Below, piece by piece: positions 39,799 to 49,947 of a stretch of DNA of 64,000 nucleotides. Each line of letters starts with the position of its first letter. Position 1 is the first letter of the stretch. Both the position numbers and the translations under genes were made by a program. Source of the DNA: Gammaproteobacteria bacterium (lineage in GTDB: Bacteria; Pseudomonadota; Gammaproteobacteria; CAJXQU01); the NCBI GenBank assembly GCA_965238175.1, contig CBDEGZ010000003.1:2016001-2080000 (forward strand), in the 5' to 3' direction. Under the pieces are notes generated by a model that saw only the letters and a list, made by a program, of their open reading frames with translations, had not been told where the DNA came from and did not search any database.

Positions 39799-41130
39799 GT
39801 GATGGCTTTTTCCGCAGATTATCTACGACAAAAACTCTCATCTTTACCGACGAAGGTAAAACGATACCTTGTTGGCTTTAGTGGCGGTCTTGATTCTCAT
39901 GTTCTTCTCCAGACCTTAAGTGAATTGCAACTCGGGTACGGTATAACCGCTATTCATATTAACCATTCAATAAATGATCAGTCTGATCAATGGCAAGCAC
40001 ATTGTGCAAAGATCGCGGGTGATTTGAATGTTGAATTTCATGCAGAAATAGTCGATGCAAACCCTCCTAAAAGTGAAAGTCCCGAAGCTTGGGCTCGCTT
40101 AAAACGTTATGAAGTTTTTTCAGGATTTATGCAGGAAGGTGATTTTTTGCTCCTGGCGCATCATCAAGATGATCAAATAGAAACATTTTTTCTACAACTA
40201 TTACGTGGATCGGGTCCACTGGGGTTGTCGGCAATGCAGCCGTTTTCACCTTTTTCTGAAGGTTGGATTGCGCGTCCACTACTTGATATTCCACGTGACA
40301 CGCTAGAAGTTTTTGCTAAGAAAAATCAATTGCAATGGATTGAAGATCCCAGTAATCAGGAAATAGCCTACGATCGAAATTTCTTACGCCACGAGATTTT
40401 GCCTATGATCAAAAGTAGATGGCCCGGTTGTAAAACTAGTCTGACGAGATCAATCTCTTTACAGTCCGAGGCCAGTGATTTGTTGTTGGAAATGGCAGAA
40501 GAAGATTTGAAAAGCATTTGTACTGGTGAAAACACTCATGTTTTGCCGATCTCAAATTTACAACAGAACAGTGATGTTCGAATGCGTAATATTTTAAGAC
40601 TGTGGATAAGAAGGGCAGGGTTTTCTTTGCCTTCATATAAGAAGCTTGAGCAAATTGTTGATAGCGTAATTTTTGCTGCCGAAGATAGATCACCTTGTGT
40701 AGGTTGGGATGGAGTTGAAGTTCGAAGATATCAAAACCATCTAATGATTATGACACCCGTAATCAATTTTGATCCTGAAATTTCTTTTTCCTGGGATTTG
40801 AACGAACCAATGATCTTGCCATCAGGAATAACATTAATGGCCAGAAAGACTACCGATAAGGGAGTTAAGATTGACGCAGATGTCGTGGATATCCATTTTC
40901 GACAAGGAGGTGAAGTACTTAAGTTAGCGGGGGAAAAGCATTCAATAACCCTTAAAAAATACCTGCAAGAGAAGGGAATTCCGCCCTGGTTACGAAATCA
41001 GATACCGTTGATTTATTCTAAAGATCGATTAGTAGCAGTTTCTGATCTTTGTATTATGCAAGAGTTTGTTGCAAGGTCAGAAGAAGGTTGGATAATAAGT
41101 TCGAGTGCTGAGAATAACAATCCCATTTAA
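39799..41130 (+). CDS. tilS: tRNA(Ile)-lysidine synthase
   Basis: FSGGLDS, AHHQDDQ.ET, EDPSN, RNFLR. Confidence 0.96.
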   Translation: MMAFSADYLRQKLSSLPTKVKRYLVGFSGGLDSHVLLQTLSELQLGYGITAIHINHSINDQSDQWQAHCAKIAGDLNVEFHAEIVDANPPKSESPEAWARLKRYEVFSGFMQEGDFLLLAHHQDDQIETFFLQLLRGSGPLGLSAMQPFSPFSEGWIARPLLDIPRDTLEVFAKKNQLQWIEDPSNQEIAYDRNFLRHEILPMIKSRWPGCKTSLTRSISLQSEASDLLLEMAEEDLKSICTGENTHVLPISNLQQNSDVRMRNILRLWIRRAGFSLPSYKKLEQIVDSVIFAAEDRSPCVGWDGVEVRRYQNHLMIMTPVINFDPEISFSWDLNEPMILPSGITLMARKTTDKGVKIDADVVDIHFRQGGEVLKLAGEKHSITLKKYLQEKGIPPWLRNQIPLIYSKDRLVAVSDLCIMQEFVARSEEGWIISSSAENNNPI

Positions 41131-41153
41131 TAACATATCAAAATCATTTATCG

Positions 41154-42683
41154 CTAGATCTCATTAATATCGAGGACAAATTTCAACCTGACATCACCGA
41201 TATCAACTTTGTCACCATCTTTAATTTTACTCTTAGGAGTTTTAGTGTTGTTAAGATAAATGCCATTTAATGAATCTAGATCTGTCACCGTAAAATTACC
41301 ATGTTGATCTCGTTTGAATTCGGCATGTTTTCGAGAAATGGAAGAGTGTTCCAGGAACAAGTCACTTTGTCTTATTCGACCAACTAACCAGGGTGATTTG
41401 TTAATTTCGTAATAGACAGGATCCTCATCCAGTGAAACCAGCCAGGCAATAGGCTTTCCACCGTCATCTTTAATGATAACTTCTTCAGGTTTTTTGTTTC
41501 TGAAAAGGACGAAAGAGAGTAAGCCTAATACAAATAAACCTCCAGGAATGATCGGCCAATATTTTATAATCGGAGAGCCGCTAAAGAGCTCATGTTCTTG
41601 TTCCATGTCGTCCGTGTTTATTAAAGGTTCAATATTGTTCTCAGCTGGCTCTTTGTTTAGAACAGCCTCAGTATTATTCTCAATTGTTCTATTATCTATG
41701 CCACTGTCCTTGTTAATAGAAATAGTGCCGCTGTCTTTCAATTCTGCAACGGTTGAATCATTTGTTGAGGAGAGTTCCAGAGGCAGCTTGACGGTGATTT
41801 TTTTACTAGTTGTCTCGAATATAAGTAGCGCTAATTGGACACCAGAAACATCATTAGTAAGCACTCGTGTTAGATCAATAGTTAAAACACCGCCATTGTC
41901 GATAACCGCATATGGATCAGACATAAATGTTTCAGGCAACTCAAAATCATTCTCTGTTGCCTTGGTAAACATTCCACCCGTGTCAGTAGATAAGTTTGAC
42001 AGAGTTTCGGTTGTGTCTATTGGATTATCAGCAACTGGATAAGCAATTGATACGATTTTAATGGCCGATTCCTTTGCTGCTTTGACGACATCGGCATGAT
42101 AAATGGCTTGATCTTCATATACACCACTAGAAAAAAGATAAATTGCTTTTCTATCTGCTTGGCTGGATTTCAATAATTCTAATGCGTCAAGAACATTTCT
42201 ATAGAGTTCAGTTGGTTGATCTGTTTCTGTTAATTCATTAACTATATTAATGATTTCTTCTGGATCACTGCCGAGTGATTTTAAGATATTGAGACGAGAA
42301 TCAAATGTTGCCAGTCCAATTTGTTGGTAAGGCAGCGCTTGTTGCGCAAGCGCGGTCACTTGATTTTTGATTTGTGGTAATCGTTCTGGGTTTTCAGATT
42401 TACTACTATCAACAAGAAACAAAATACTAGTGGTACTCTCTTCAAAAGGATATGTTTTGATATCTTGAATTGGTAGTTCTGTTGTTCCAAGAGATGCAGA
42501 AATCATTTTCGTGATTTCAGGTTGGGTGAAACGGTAGGCACACTTTATGGCCTTGCTATCTTCAGTTTGAGCACATGTAAATTCGATATCTGAAGTTAAG
42601 ACCTGCGCGTGTTGAGCCCGCCCATTTTGTATGGATAGCAAAATAAAAGTCAAGATAACAATCGGATTTGTTATTCGTTTCAT
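41154..42683 (-). CDS. Signal peptide-vWA-TM-FHA protein
   Basis: MIDAS-like LVDSSKS, TM WPIIPGGLFVLGLLSFVLF, FHA motifs GR, SRKH, SLNG. Confidence 0.82.
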   Translation of the reverse strand: MKRITNPIVILTFILLSIQNGRAQHAQVLTSDIEFTCAQTEDSKAIKCAYRFTQPEITKMISASLGTTELPIQDIKTYPFEESTTSILFLVDSSKSENPERLPQIKNQVTALAQQALPYQQIGLATFDSRLNILKSLGSDPEEIINIVNELTETDQPTELYRNVLDALELLKSSQADRKAIYLFSSGVYEDQAIYHADVVKAAKESAIKIVSIAYPVADNPIDTTETLSNLSTDTGGMFTKATENDFELPETFMSDPYAVIDNGGVLTIDLTRVLTNDVSGVQLALLIFETTSKKITVKLPLELSSTNDSTVAELKDSGTISINKDSGIDNRTIENNTEAVLNKEPAENNIEPLINTDDMEQEHELFSGSPIIKYWPIIPGGLFVLGLLSFVLFRNKKPEEVIIKDDGGKPIAWLVSLDEDPVYYEINKSPWLVGRIRQSDLFLEHSSISRKHAEFKRDQHGNFTVTDLDSLNGIYLNNTKTPKSKIKDGDKVDIGDVRLKFVLDINEI

Positions 42684-42857
42684 ACTAAATGCAATTTGAA
42701 TTTAATTTAGGCAGGCTGCATTTTGCACCAACACTGTGTTGGATGAAAGCCTTATCTAGCAAGCATTACGCTGACTTATGCTGATTGAATTATGATCTAA
42801 CACAATTTGACTTGTTCGACACAAGTCGAAACAGAAAAGCTGTCTAAATTGATTTAG

Positions 42858-43379
42858 TTATTTTTCTGGGAATAGTGGATCTGGCATATCAAAAAATTCC
42901 ACATTGACACTGATCTGCCCACCTTGCGTGCTGTCTTTTACTTCAGCAACAGGATTATCGCTTTCTGAAATTTCCCCCAGTTGTGGTAATTTTTTGTTTA
43001 GTTTTGCTTTTGCCTCGACCACTTTTTTATGTAGATTATTACTAAACGGTAGTTGGTAGGCACGAGGTGTTTTTGATTTTTTGCCTGAAGTCATATCAGA
43101 CAGCCATAGATAGATTGCACCATTGGTTCCAGCAATTTTGTCTGGTTCTTCGACATGTGCAGCAAGAAGGTGGAATCTTTCTGGAATATTTTTATCGCTT
43201 GTCGGCCAGCCTAATAGTGGAGGGAAGGAAAAGTAACAAACCAGGTAGAATAATGAGACTAAAACAATGGCACTGGCTTTGACTGGCCATGACCAAATGG
43301 AGTAAAGGTTAAGACTAAGCAGTAGCAAAGCTAATAGTAAAAAGGCGATTAGAAGCCCTGCAATACTTAAAGTAAACAT
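42858..43379 (-). CDS. Uncharacterised membrane protein (2 N-terminal TMs)
   Basis: Two hydrophobic helices, then LGWPT, EP, IYLW, PRAYQLPF motifs. Confidence 0.75.
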   Translation of the reverse strand: MFTLSIAGLLIAFLLLALLLLSLNLYSIWSWPVKASAIVLVSLFYLVCYFSFPPLLGWPTSDKNIPERFHLLAAHVEEPDKIAGTNGAIYLWLSDMTSGKKSKTPRAYQLPFSNNLHKKVVEAKAKLNKKLPQLGEISESDNPVAEVKDSTQGGQISVNVEFFDMPDPLFPEK

Positions 43380-43392
43380 TATTCTTATTCTC

Positions 43393-44004
43393 CTAGCTAT
43401 TTATTACCAAGGGTTTGTACAGGTGATTAATGTCAGTCACTTTGCCATCAGATCCAATCACAAATCTAACGGCGGTTTTTTCATCACCCCGGGTTTCCAA
43501 TTTGTGCGTTCCGTAGTAGACAATTTCCAATGCAGGATTGACTTTAGCCAGTTTAACCTTAACGTTAACCGGTTGTTCTGTTTCCGAAGCGTAGTACTGA
43601 ACATTAACGACATACTCACCGGGGACAACACCGCGAATAGTGACAACTTCTTGATTTAATGGGTTGGTAATCTCTTCACCATTGATGGTAATGGTGTCAT
43701 TTGCTATACCACGGTCATCGCGATCAAGATGAATCAATCCAGCTTCGCGATTTCTGAACCAGATCAAATTACCTTTCGGATCTTCAACCCAGGTATCGAT
43801 ATCATCGGGTACATTATCTGGCCAGGTGATGGTAATAATATATTCAGCTTTAGGATCAATAATGCCTTTTTTGGCCACAGGGTTCATAAACATAATGGCT
43901 ATTATGAATAAAAAAGTGAAACCCAGCAGCGCATTAAAAAGTAGATCTGTGAATGGATCTGATGCATAACGCTGTTTCGCTTTTTGACTCCAGGAAAGTG
44001 CCAT
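43393..44004 (-). CDS. MotB/ExbD-like TM protein with an atypical soluble domain
   Basis: TM with Asp (PFTDLLFNALLGF); DIDTWVEDP, LDRDDRG, GEYVVNV. Confidence 0.72.
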   Translation of the reverse strand: MALSWSQKAKQRYASDPFTDLLFNALLGFTFLFIIAIMFMNPVAKKGIIDPKAEYIITITWPDNVPDDIDTWVEDPKGNLIWFRNREAGLIHLDRDDRGIANDTITINGEEITNPLNQEVVTIRGVVPGEYVVNVQYYASETEQPVNVKVKLAKVNPALEIVYYGTHKLETRGDEKTAVRFVIGSDGKVTDINHLYKPLVINS

Positions 44005-44028
44005 TGTTTAGTTGCTCATCGTTTAGTT

Positions 44029-44802
44029 TTAGGCCTGATTTTGAGTTAAGTTTTGTTCAAGGTTAGGCAAAATATTTACTTCTGCAGTATGGACGGCTGA
44101 ATGCATCAAGTCATCCGCGCCACGATCTACAAGTTGATATTGCATCGCAAGTAGTAAACTACCAACTAAACCAGCTAGAGTGGTGTACAAAGCAGTACCC
44201 ATTCCGGAACTCATTTGTTGCATGACTTTCTGCATAGCATTCAGATCAAGGTTTGATGAGTCTGCAACAGAACCAAGCATAAAAATAAAACCGACAATGG
44301 TACCTAGCAAGCCAAGTTTGATCATAGCATCGACAAAAAACCAACCGTAATCATGGCTCGCTTTTAGTTTGTCAGAATAAATTTCTGCGAGTGCTGAGTT
44401 ACTATTTTTATCCTTATTTTCGTTTGAAACTTTACTGGCCTTTATCGTATCACCAAGGAAGTCCGCTAAAATGCTAATGGGTAATATTGTTTGATCCGCA
44501 AGTCGCAATGACATGTTCTTTTGCTTATCATTTTCCAGATGGACAGGTTTGTTTTTATTCTTTTCGATTAAATTATTGGCTTGATTAGCTAGCATAATTT
44601 GCTTGGAAATTAGCCATGACCTAAATGCACAATGCAGTGTCCCGAGTGAATAAATCAGACATATCGCGATGGAGATTTTGCTCTTATCACTGGCAAATAA
44701 AGTCTGGAAGAGATCTTGATGCCACGCAACCACGATGCAGAAAAAAATAGCGCCAGTGAGTATTAACCAGTTGAGAAATAGATGATGATCTTGTTTATTC
44801 AT
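44029..44802 (-). CDS. MotA/TolQ/ExbB proton-channel family protein
   Basis: LGLLGTIVG and GMGTALYTTLAGL signatures, four TMs. Confidence 0.88.
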   Translation of the reverse strand: MNKQDHHLFLNWLILTGAIFFCIVVAWHQDLFQTLFASDKSKISIAICLIYSLGTLHCAFRSWLISKQIMLANQANNLIEKNKNKPVHLENDKQKNMSLRLADQTILPISILADFLGDTIKASKVSNENKDKNSNSALAEIYSDKLKASHDYGWFFVDAMIKLGLLGTIVGFIFMLGSVADSSNLDLNAMQKVMQQMSSGMGTALYTTLAGLVGSLLLAMQYQLVDRGADDLMHSAVHTAEVNILPNLEQNLTQNQA

Positions 44803-44933
44803 ATTGATTATTCTTATATTATTTACCCTTGCACTATATTAGTGATTTGATCAAATTCAATTAATTATTATCTGCAACTCATTATATTGCCATGTTAGTA
44901 TTTAGAGGTAATGATTTTTTAACCCAACCCGTT

Positions 44934-45410
44934 CTATAAAGGTACTGCATTTTCTTCCAGAGCATATGCAACGATTTCACGTAGAGTGGCGTTCATTTTC
45001 TTTGCAAATTCATTCACTCTAGGATCCTTATGATTCAGCGGTAAGAGTATAAGACTGACGACCACGAAATCCTCTTCTTCATGCACAGTGACTCTACAGG
45101 GCATTTGAGCTACAAAGCCGGGATCAATATCCAAGACTTCCTTGGCAACATCTAACGAACAAAAATGGATTACCTCAATGTCTGGATAATTTTCATAACC
45201 TCTGTTACGTAAGCCCTTACCGACTGTATTCCGACCAGTAATGCGAAAATTTTTTTCAGTGATTGAGAAATCTAATTCTTGAATAATATCTTCAAACGTT
45301 TTTTCAGTTTTGAACCTAACGATCAGTTCCTCATTATCACTCTTCTGATCGACTTTTTCGGTGCAGCTTATGGAGAGAAAACAAAAAAGTAGTAAGCTAA
45401 GTAGTTTCAT
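44934..45410 (-). CDS. DUF302-family lipoprotein
   Basis: Lipobox-like SISC, HFC and MPCRVTVHE motifs. Confidence 0.78.
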   Translation of the reverse strand: MKLLSLLLFCFLSISCTEKVDQKSDNEELIVRFKTEKTFEDIIQELDFSITEKNFRITGRNTVGKGLRNRGYENYPDIEVIHFCSLDVAKEVLDIDPGFVAQMPCRVTVHEEEDFVVVSLILLPLNHKDPRVNEFAKKMNATLREIVAYALEENAVPL

Positions 45411-45444
45411 GTTTATCTATGCTTCCCCATATTAATAATCTAAA

Positions 45445-45996
45445 TTAATCAAAAATCACCACTGGCGTTCCGATTTTTACGAAGGTCCGTAATTCTTCAA
45501 TCTCTTCGTTTTTGATCGCAACACAACCCTTGGTCCAGTTTTCATCTTTATGCAGAGAGAGTCGATCCTCTGTTTGCTCACCGATGCCATGAATCCCAAT
45601 CGCGCCACCAAGATCAGTTTCCTGATTAGGGATTGTTTTCCTTTTTAAGGAACGGATTATCTGTTTAAACTCATCTTGATTGATGGTTTTCTTTTGTAAT
45701 CCTATCAGCGCGTCTTTAGCATTTGGATAATTCAGCTGCATAAAAAGATGAAAACGACTTTCTTCTTTAAAATGCAAAATTCGGTAGACACCCGTTGGAG
45801 TCATTTTGTCTCCCAGCTTGATTTTAGTCCCAGCTCCACCACTTCCTGTCGCAATGTGGTAGCTCTTTTTAAGTAGATGATCTTTCTTTAACAACATTAT
45901 TCGATCAGCTTTATATATTTCGATAGTGTAGTTACCGGCAGCAATACAGAACGTGTTAACACTGCTTAGTAAAAGGAAGATAAGGAAACTTTTCAT
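45445..45996 (-). CDS. L,D-transpeptidase (YkuD) family protein
   Basis: GDKMTPTG.Y, IGIHG, WTKGCVA; likely start MKSFLIF. Confidence 0.88.
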   Translation of the reverse strand: MKSFLIFLLLSSVNTFCIAAGNYTIEIYKADRIMLLKKDHLLKKSYHIATGSGGAGTKIKLGDKMTPTGVYRILHFKEESRFHLFMQLNYPNAKDALIGLQKKTINQDEFKQIIRSLKRKTIPNQETDLGGAIGIHGIGEQTEDRLSLHKDENWTKGCVAIKNEEIEELRTFVKIGTPVVIFD

Positions 45997-46145
45997 TTGT
46001 AATTTATCTATAGTCCTTAATTTATAGTGAAAATCAGGAAAAATGACTAGCGCTTTATGATCTATAATCTGCACTGCTCTTAATTATAATTCTAATGCCA
46101 AGCGCTTTTAGATGCCATATATAAAAGGACATATACCTAATAACA

Positions 46146-46688
46146 ATGGAAAACCAAATAAAAAAATATAGTCTTGTCGCCATTGCACTACATTGGATCG
46201 TCGCATTATTGATCATTGGATTATTTGTACTTGGCTTATACATGGTGGAGCTACCGAAAGATGTTGTGCCTTCTGTTCGAAAACCCTGGTTTGAACTACA
46301 CAAATCCTTGGGCGTAACGGTTTTTATATTATTACTGATGCGAGTGTTCTGGCGAATGACGCACCAACCACCAGAATTGCCGGATCTGATCTCGGCAGGA
46401 CAGAAAAAACTCATCAGCATTGTGCACAAATTATTTTATGTTTCGATGTTTCTTCAACCAATAAGCGGCTATTTGTCATCTTCATTCAGTGGTTATAAAA
46501 CAAAATTATTTGGAATGCCTTTGCCACATTGGGGATGGAAAAATCCTGAATATAATGAGATCTTTACTGAAATTCATCAAGTCAGCGCGATGATCCTCTT
46601 TGCGTTTATTGTTGTGCATCTTGTCGGGATTATTAAGCATAAACTTAATGGTGATGGGAAGGCGATCTTACAGAGGATGTTGCCTTAG
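46146..46688 (+). CDS. Cytochrome b561
   Basis: LHWIVA, LHKSLG, further TM His pairs. Confidence 0.9.
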   Translation: MENQIKKYSLVAIALHWIVALLIIGLFVLGLYMVELPKDVVPSVRKPWFELHKSLGVTVFILLLMRVFWRMTHQPPELPDLISAGQKKLISIVHKLFYVSMFLQPISGYLSSSFSGYKTKLFGMPLPHWGWKNPEYNEIFTEIHQVSAMILFAFIVVHLVGIIKHKLNGDGKAILQRMLP

Positions 46689-46717
46689 GAAACCAGTTTT
46701 TTTGATAGTGTTTTTTC

Positions 46718-47126
46718 TTAATCTCGACCAAAGAGTAATAAAAAAATGTGATCAATAGAAGGTTCTGATTGTGTTCCAGAGTCTTTTCTCACTGCAGAGA
46801 CCATTTCTGAGAATGCAGTTCTTTTTCATCAGTTCTAATTTTAGTACCCATTTTTTCAAATTTCGCAAATGATCGAATTACTTCATCTGAGCCATACAAA
46901 CATATACGTGATTTGGCATCAGATATTTTTGCAAGTATTTCTCGATTTTCTTTCGATTCATGGTGCCATGATTTAGTTGCTACTTCGGTAACAAACTTCA
47001 AATAATCTGTGTACGACTGGGTTCGTAAGTCTCGGTGGTACCTCTGTGTATCAAGATGTCGAGTAAAAAATACTGTAGTGTTGCGCCTACAATAAGGCCA
47101 AAAAATGATAATAAAGCAATTGACAC
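46718..47126 (-). pseudogene. Hypothetical protein with N-terminal TM, two frameshifts
   Basis: GAGGAG RBS + GTG; MSIALLSFFGLIVGATLQY / TRHLDTQRYHRDLRTQSYTDYL...ICLYGS / TAFSEMVSAVRKD lie in shifting frames. Confidence 0.65.
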
Positions 47127-47152
47127 GAATTAGCTCCTCTTATTATATACAA

Positions 47153-48448
47153 CTATTCATTACTAGGGTTTTGATAAAAAACCCGCCAGATCCGCCCTTG
47201 AACAGAATCTGCAATATATAAAGATCCATCCGGACCTTCGGCCAAACCAACAGGACGAAATTCAGCATCACTCGGTGTCTTGATTGTTTTTGAGCCACTA
47301 AAACCATCGGCGAAAATAACACTTTTCCCATCGGGCAAACCGGCTTTTAAGGGTAGGTAAACGACTTGATAACCAACCTGATCATATGGCCCGCGGTTAT
47401 AAGAGCCGTGAAATGCGATAAACGCGCCACTTTGGAATTCTGCTGGAAATTGATCGCCGGAATAGAATAACAAATCATTAGGACTGTAATGCGCAGGAAA
47501 GGCATAAATTGGATCATTATAGGTTTCACAGCGATCGGTTATTTCCCCATCACCACCGTATTCTGGCGCAAGCACTTTTCGTTTTTTGTTTGGATCGTAA
47601 TAGCAATATGGCCAAGCAAAATCGTCGTCTTGATTGATCATTAAAAATTCTTCAGCAGGCAGTTCTGCACCTTGTTGTTCCTGGTAAATTTCAGGCCATA
47701 GATCTCGTAAACCATCGCGACCATGTTGGACTGCATAAAGCATCTGGTTGTCGAGATTCCAATCGAGTGCGTAAGTATTTCTAATCCCTGACGCATATTT
47801 TATTCCGTCAGCAGGGAATTTTTGATCAAGCTTGTTCACGTCAAACTTCCAGATCGCCGCTTGATAATCTCGCTGTGGACAAGGATCTATTCCCTCGGAT
47901 CCCACCTTCAGTTCCTCTTGTTGACAGGCATTAGAGGGGGAGCCGAGGTTGATATAAATCTGTCCGTTTTGATCAAAGGTGAAAGTTTTACCCGAATGAC
48001 TTTTTTGATCAGGAAATTGATCGATAACAATTTCTGCTGGCTTGTTCGGAATTAGATCTACATTATTTAATTCGTACTTGAGAATTTGCTGTTTAGCACC
48101 AAAATACAAAGAGCCATTATAGATTTTAATCCCAAGCCCCGGCTGATTGCTGATCTCTTCGATGAGATCTGCTTTTCCATCTCCATCAGTATCACGTATT
48201 CCAACCAATCCACCGCGTTCCAGCCATCGGTTACGTCGTGATCCATAAATATCCCCATTTTGATTGACGGCGATATGGCGTAAAAAAGGGATATGATCGG
48301 CGACGATCAATGCGCAAAAACCTTCCGGTAATATTAGCCCACCATTATCTGGATCACACAGTATCTGAGTTTGTTGAGAGTTCTCACAACCTGACAGTGA
48401 TCTAATTAGCCACGCCCCTATTAAAGAGATGAGAAATATTCTTTTCAT
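47153..48448 (-). CDS. Glucose/sorbosone dehydrogenase-like beta-propeller lipoprotein
   Basis: LSGC lipobox, DTDGDGKAD, GIRN, WPYCY, AFHGSYNR, RPVGLAEGPDGSLYIAD. Confidence 0.85.
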   Translation of the reverse strand: MKRIFLISLIGAWLIRSLSGCENSQQTQILCDPDNGGLILPEGFCALIVADHIPFLRHIAVNQNGDIYGSRRNRWLERGGLVGIRDTDGDGKADLIEEISNQPGLGIKIYNGSLYFGAKQQILKYELNNVDLIPNKPAEIVIDQFPDQKSHSGKTFTFDQNGQIYINLGSPSNACQQEELKVGSEGIDPCPQRDYQAAIWKFDVNKLDQKFPADGIKYASGIRNTYALDWNLDNQMLYAVQHGRDGLRDLWPEIYQEQQGAELPAEEFLMINQDDDFAWPYCYYDPNKKRKVLAPEYGGDGEITDRCETYNDPIYAFPAHYSPNDLLFYSGDQFPAEFQSGAFIAFHGSYNRGPYDQVGYQVVYLPLKAGLPDGKSVIFADGFSGSKTIKTPSDAEFRPVGLAEGPDGSLYIADSVQGRIWRVFYQNPSNE

Positions 48449-48488
48449 GCGGTCATATAGTATCATAGTGCGATAGAGACTTTATCCA

Positions 48489-49928
48489 ATGAACAAACCA
48501 CTAAAACAATTATTACTTCGCTATGAAATGGCTTTCCTTTTGTTGTTGTTGGTAACGGGGGCGTTGGGTGGTTTATGGGTTTACTACTGGCAGCAAACTT
48601 CCTCAGAATCAGTTCGTTTGGAGCAGTTACGTCATACCGCACAACAGATCCAAACTGACCTTTTCCGCCAGATTAAAGAAGTCACCTGGGCTCGACTTAG
48701 AGATGATCCTGAAGCGCTAGAACTTTATTCGAACTTTTCGCGCAAAATTGACGGCAATTTTAATCGTCTGAGAAAAGGCTCGGTCGTTGATGAAAAGGAA
48801 GCTGTTGAGCAAATAGCTGAATCCTATCGATTTATCGAAAAGGATATGAACAAGATCTTTACCGATCCTTATATGATCAGTCAGGTGGTCAGGCTGCGTA
48901 TGTTAGATCCTGCTTATGAGCGGAATATGGTTAGTCGATTTGAAGCGTCGTATATTGATCTTGAAAATATTCTGCTTGAGAAACAAAAAGAGCTAGATCA
49001 AAAGAGAGAATATTGGACGGGACTTGCGCCAATTTTGATCGCTACACCTTTATTACTCGCTGGTATTTTATTTTTGTTTTCCCGGAGTAGTATTCAGTGT
49101 GAAGTCGTTCGACCAATTGAGGCGCTTAAACAAGGTGCTGCGGTTATCAGTAAGGGTGAATTTAATCATACGATCCCGCAAAAGGGTGTGGCCGAAATGG
49201 TTGATCTTGCAGGCACCATTAATGATATGGCCTTGGAGTTGGCGAGCAATAGAGATGCCCTAATTGATGCTGAAAAACAGGCAGCATTAGGTGCACTCGT
49301 ACCCGTCGTTGCTCATAATATTCGTAATCCTCTGGCCAGCATTCGCGCCCATGCACAATTACTTGAATATGTGGATGAGGTTGAAGATAAATTAGAAATT
49401 AAAGAGGCAATTTTAGAAACGGTAGATCGACTAGGTCGTTGGGTCAGTGCACTGGTTTCCTATTTACATCCTTTAAAACCACTTAAAAAAATCACTCAAT
49501 TAACAGCCTTGTTAGATACTGTTGCGAACCTTCTACAACCACGTCTGGATGAAAAAGAAATTACTATTGAACATGATCGCTGGGAAGAGCATCATTCAGT
49601 TCAAGTTGATCCAGATCTGATGGAACAGGCTCTTTACGGATTACTTTCCAATGCAGTAGATGCAAGCCCTCAGGGCGGAAAACTCACCTTATCGGTCTAT
49701 CAGGATCAGCGCGATCTGAAAATGATTATTGCCGATCAAGGTGTCGGAATGCCGTTTGAAGCGAAGCCTAGTGATCTCGCACCGGGCCAATCAACAAAAC
49801 AATTTGGAACAGGCTTAGGTATTCCTGTCGCCTTCAAGGTATGCAACACTCACGGCTGGAAGATGTCATACGAAAATAACAATCCAAAAGGAACGCGAGT
49901 TTTGATCACAATTCCCGCATCAGTTTAA
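48489..49928 (+). CDS. Sensor histidine kinase (TM, HAMP, HisKA, HATPase)
   Basis: AHNIRNPL H-box, NAVDAS, DQGVG, GTGLG. Confidence 0.92.
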   Translation: MNKPLKQLLLRYEMAFLLLLLVTGALGGLWVYYWQQTSSESVRLEQLRHTAQQIQTDLFRQIKEVTWARLRDDPEALELYSNFSRKIDGNFNRLRKGSVVDEKEAVEQIAESYRFIEKDMNKIFTDPYMISQVVRLRMLDPAYERNMVSRFEASYIDLENILLEKQKELDQKREYWTGLAPILIATPLLLAGILFLFSRSSIQCEVVRPIEALKQGAAVISKGEFNHTIPQKGVAEMVDLAGTINDMALELASNRDALIDAEKQAALGALVPVVAHNIRNPLASIRAHAQLLEYVDEVEDKLEIKEAILETVDRLGRWVSALVSYLHPLKPLKKITQLTALLDTVANLLQPRLDEKEITIEHDRWEEHHSVQVDPDLMEQALYGLLSNAVDASPQGGKLTLSVYQDQRDLKMIIADQGVGMPFEAKPSDLAPGQSTKQFGTGLGIPVAFKVCNTHGWKMSYENNNPKGTRVLITIPASV

Positions 49929-49947
49929 TGCGCCATATGAGCTATAA

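Noticed and set aside
41473-42042. 189-aa antisense ORF (and other shadow ORFs over core genes and ISs)
   Set aside because: Fully overlaps well-supported genes on the opposite strand; no motifs
42858-44802. Zorya, Tol-Pal, TonB or flagellar stator call
   Set aside because: No long ZorA tail, no OmpA-like domain, and no zorC/D/E, tolA/B/pal, tonB or flagellar genes nearby
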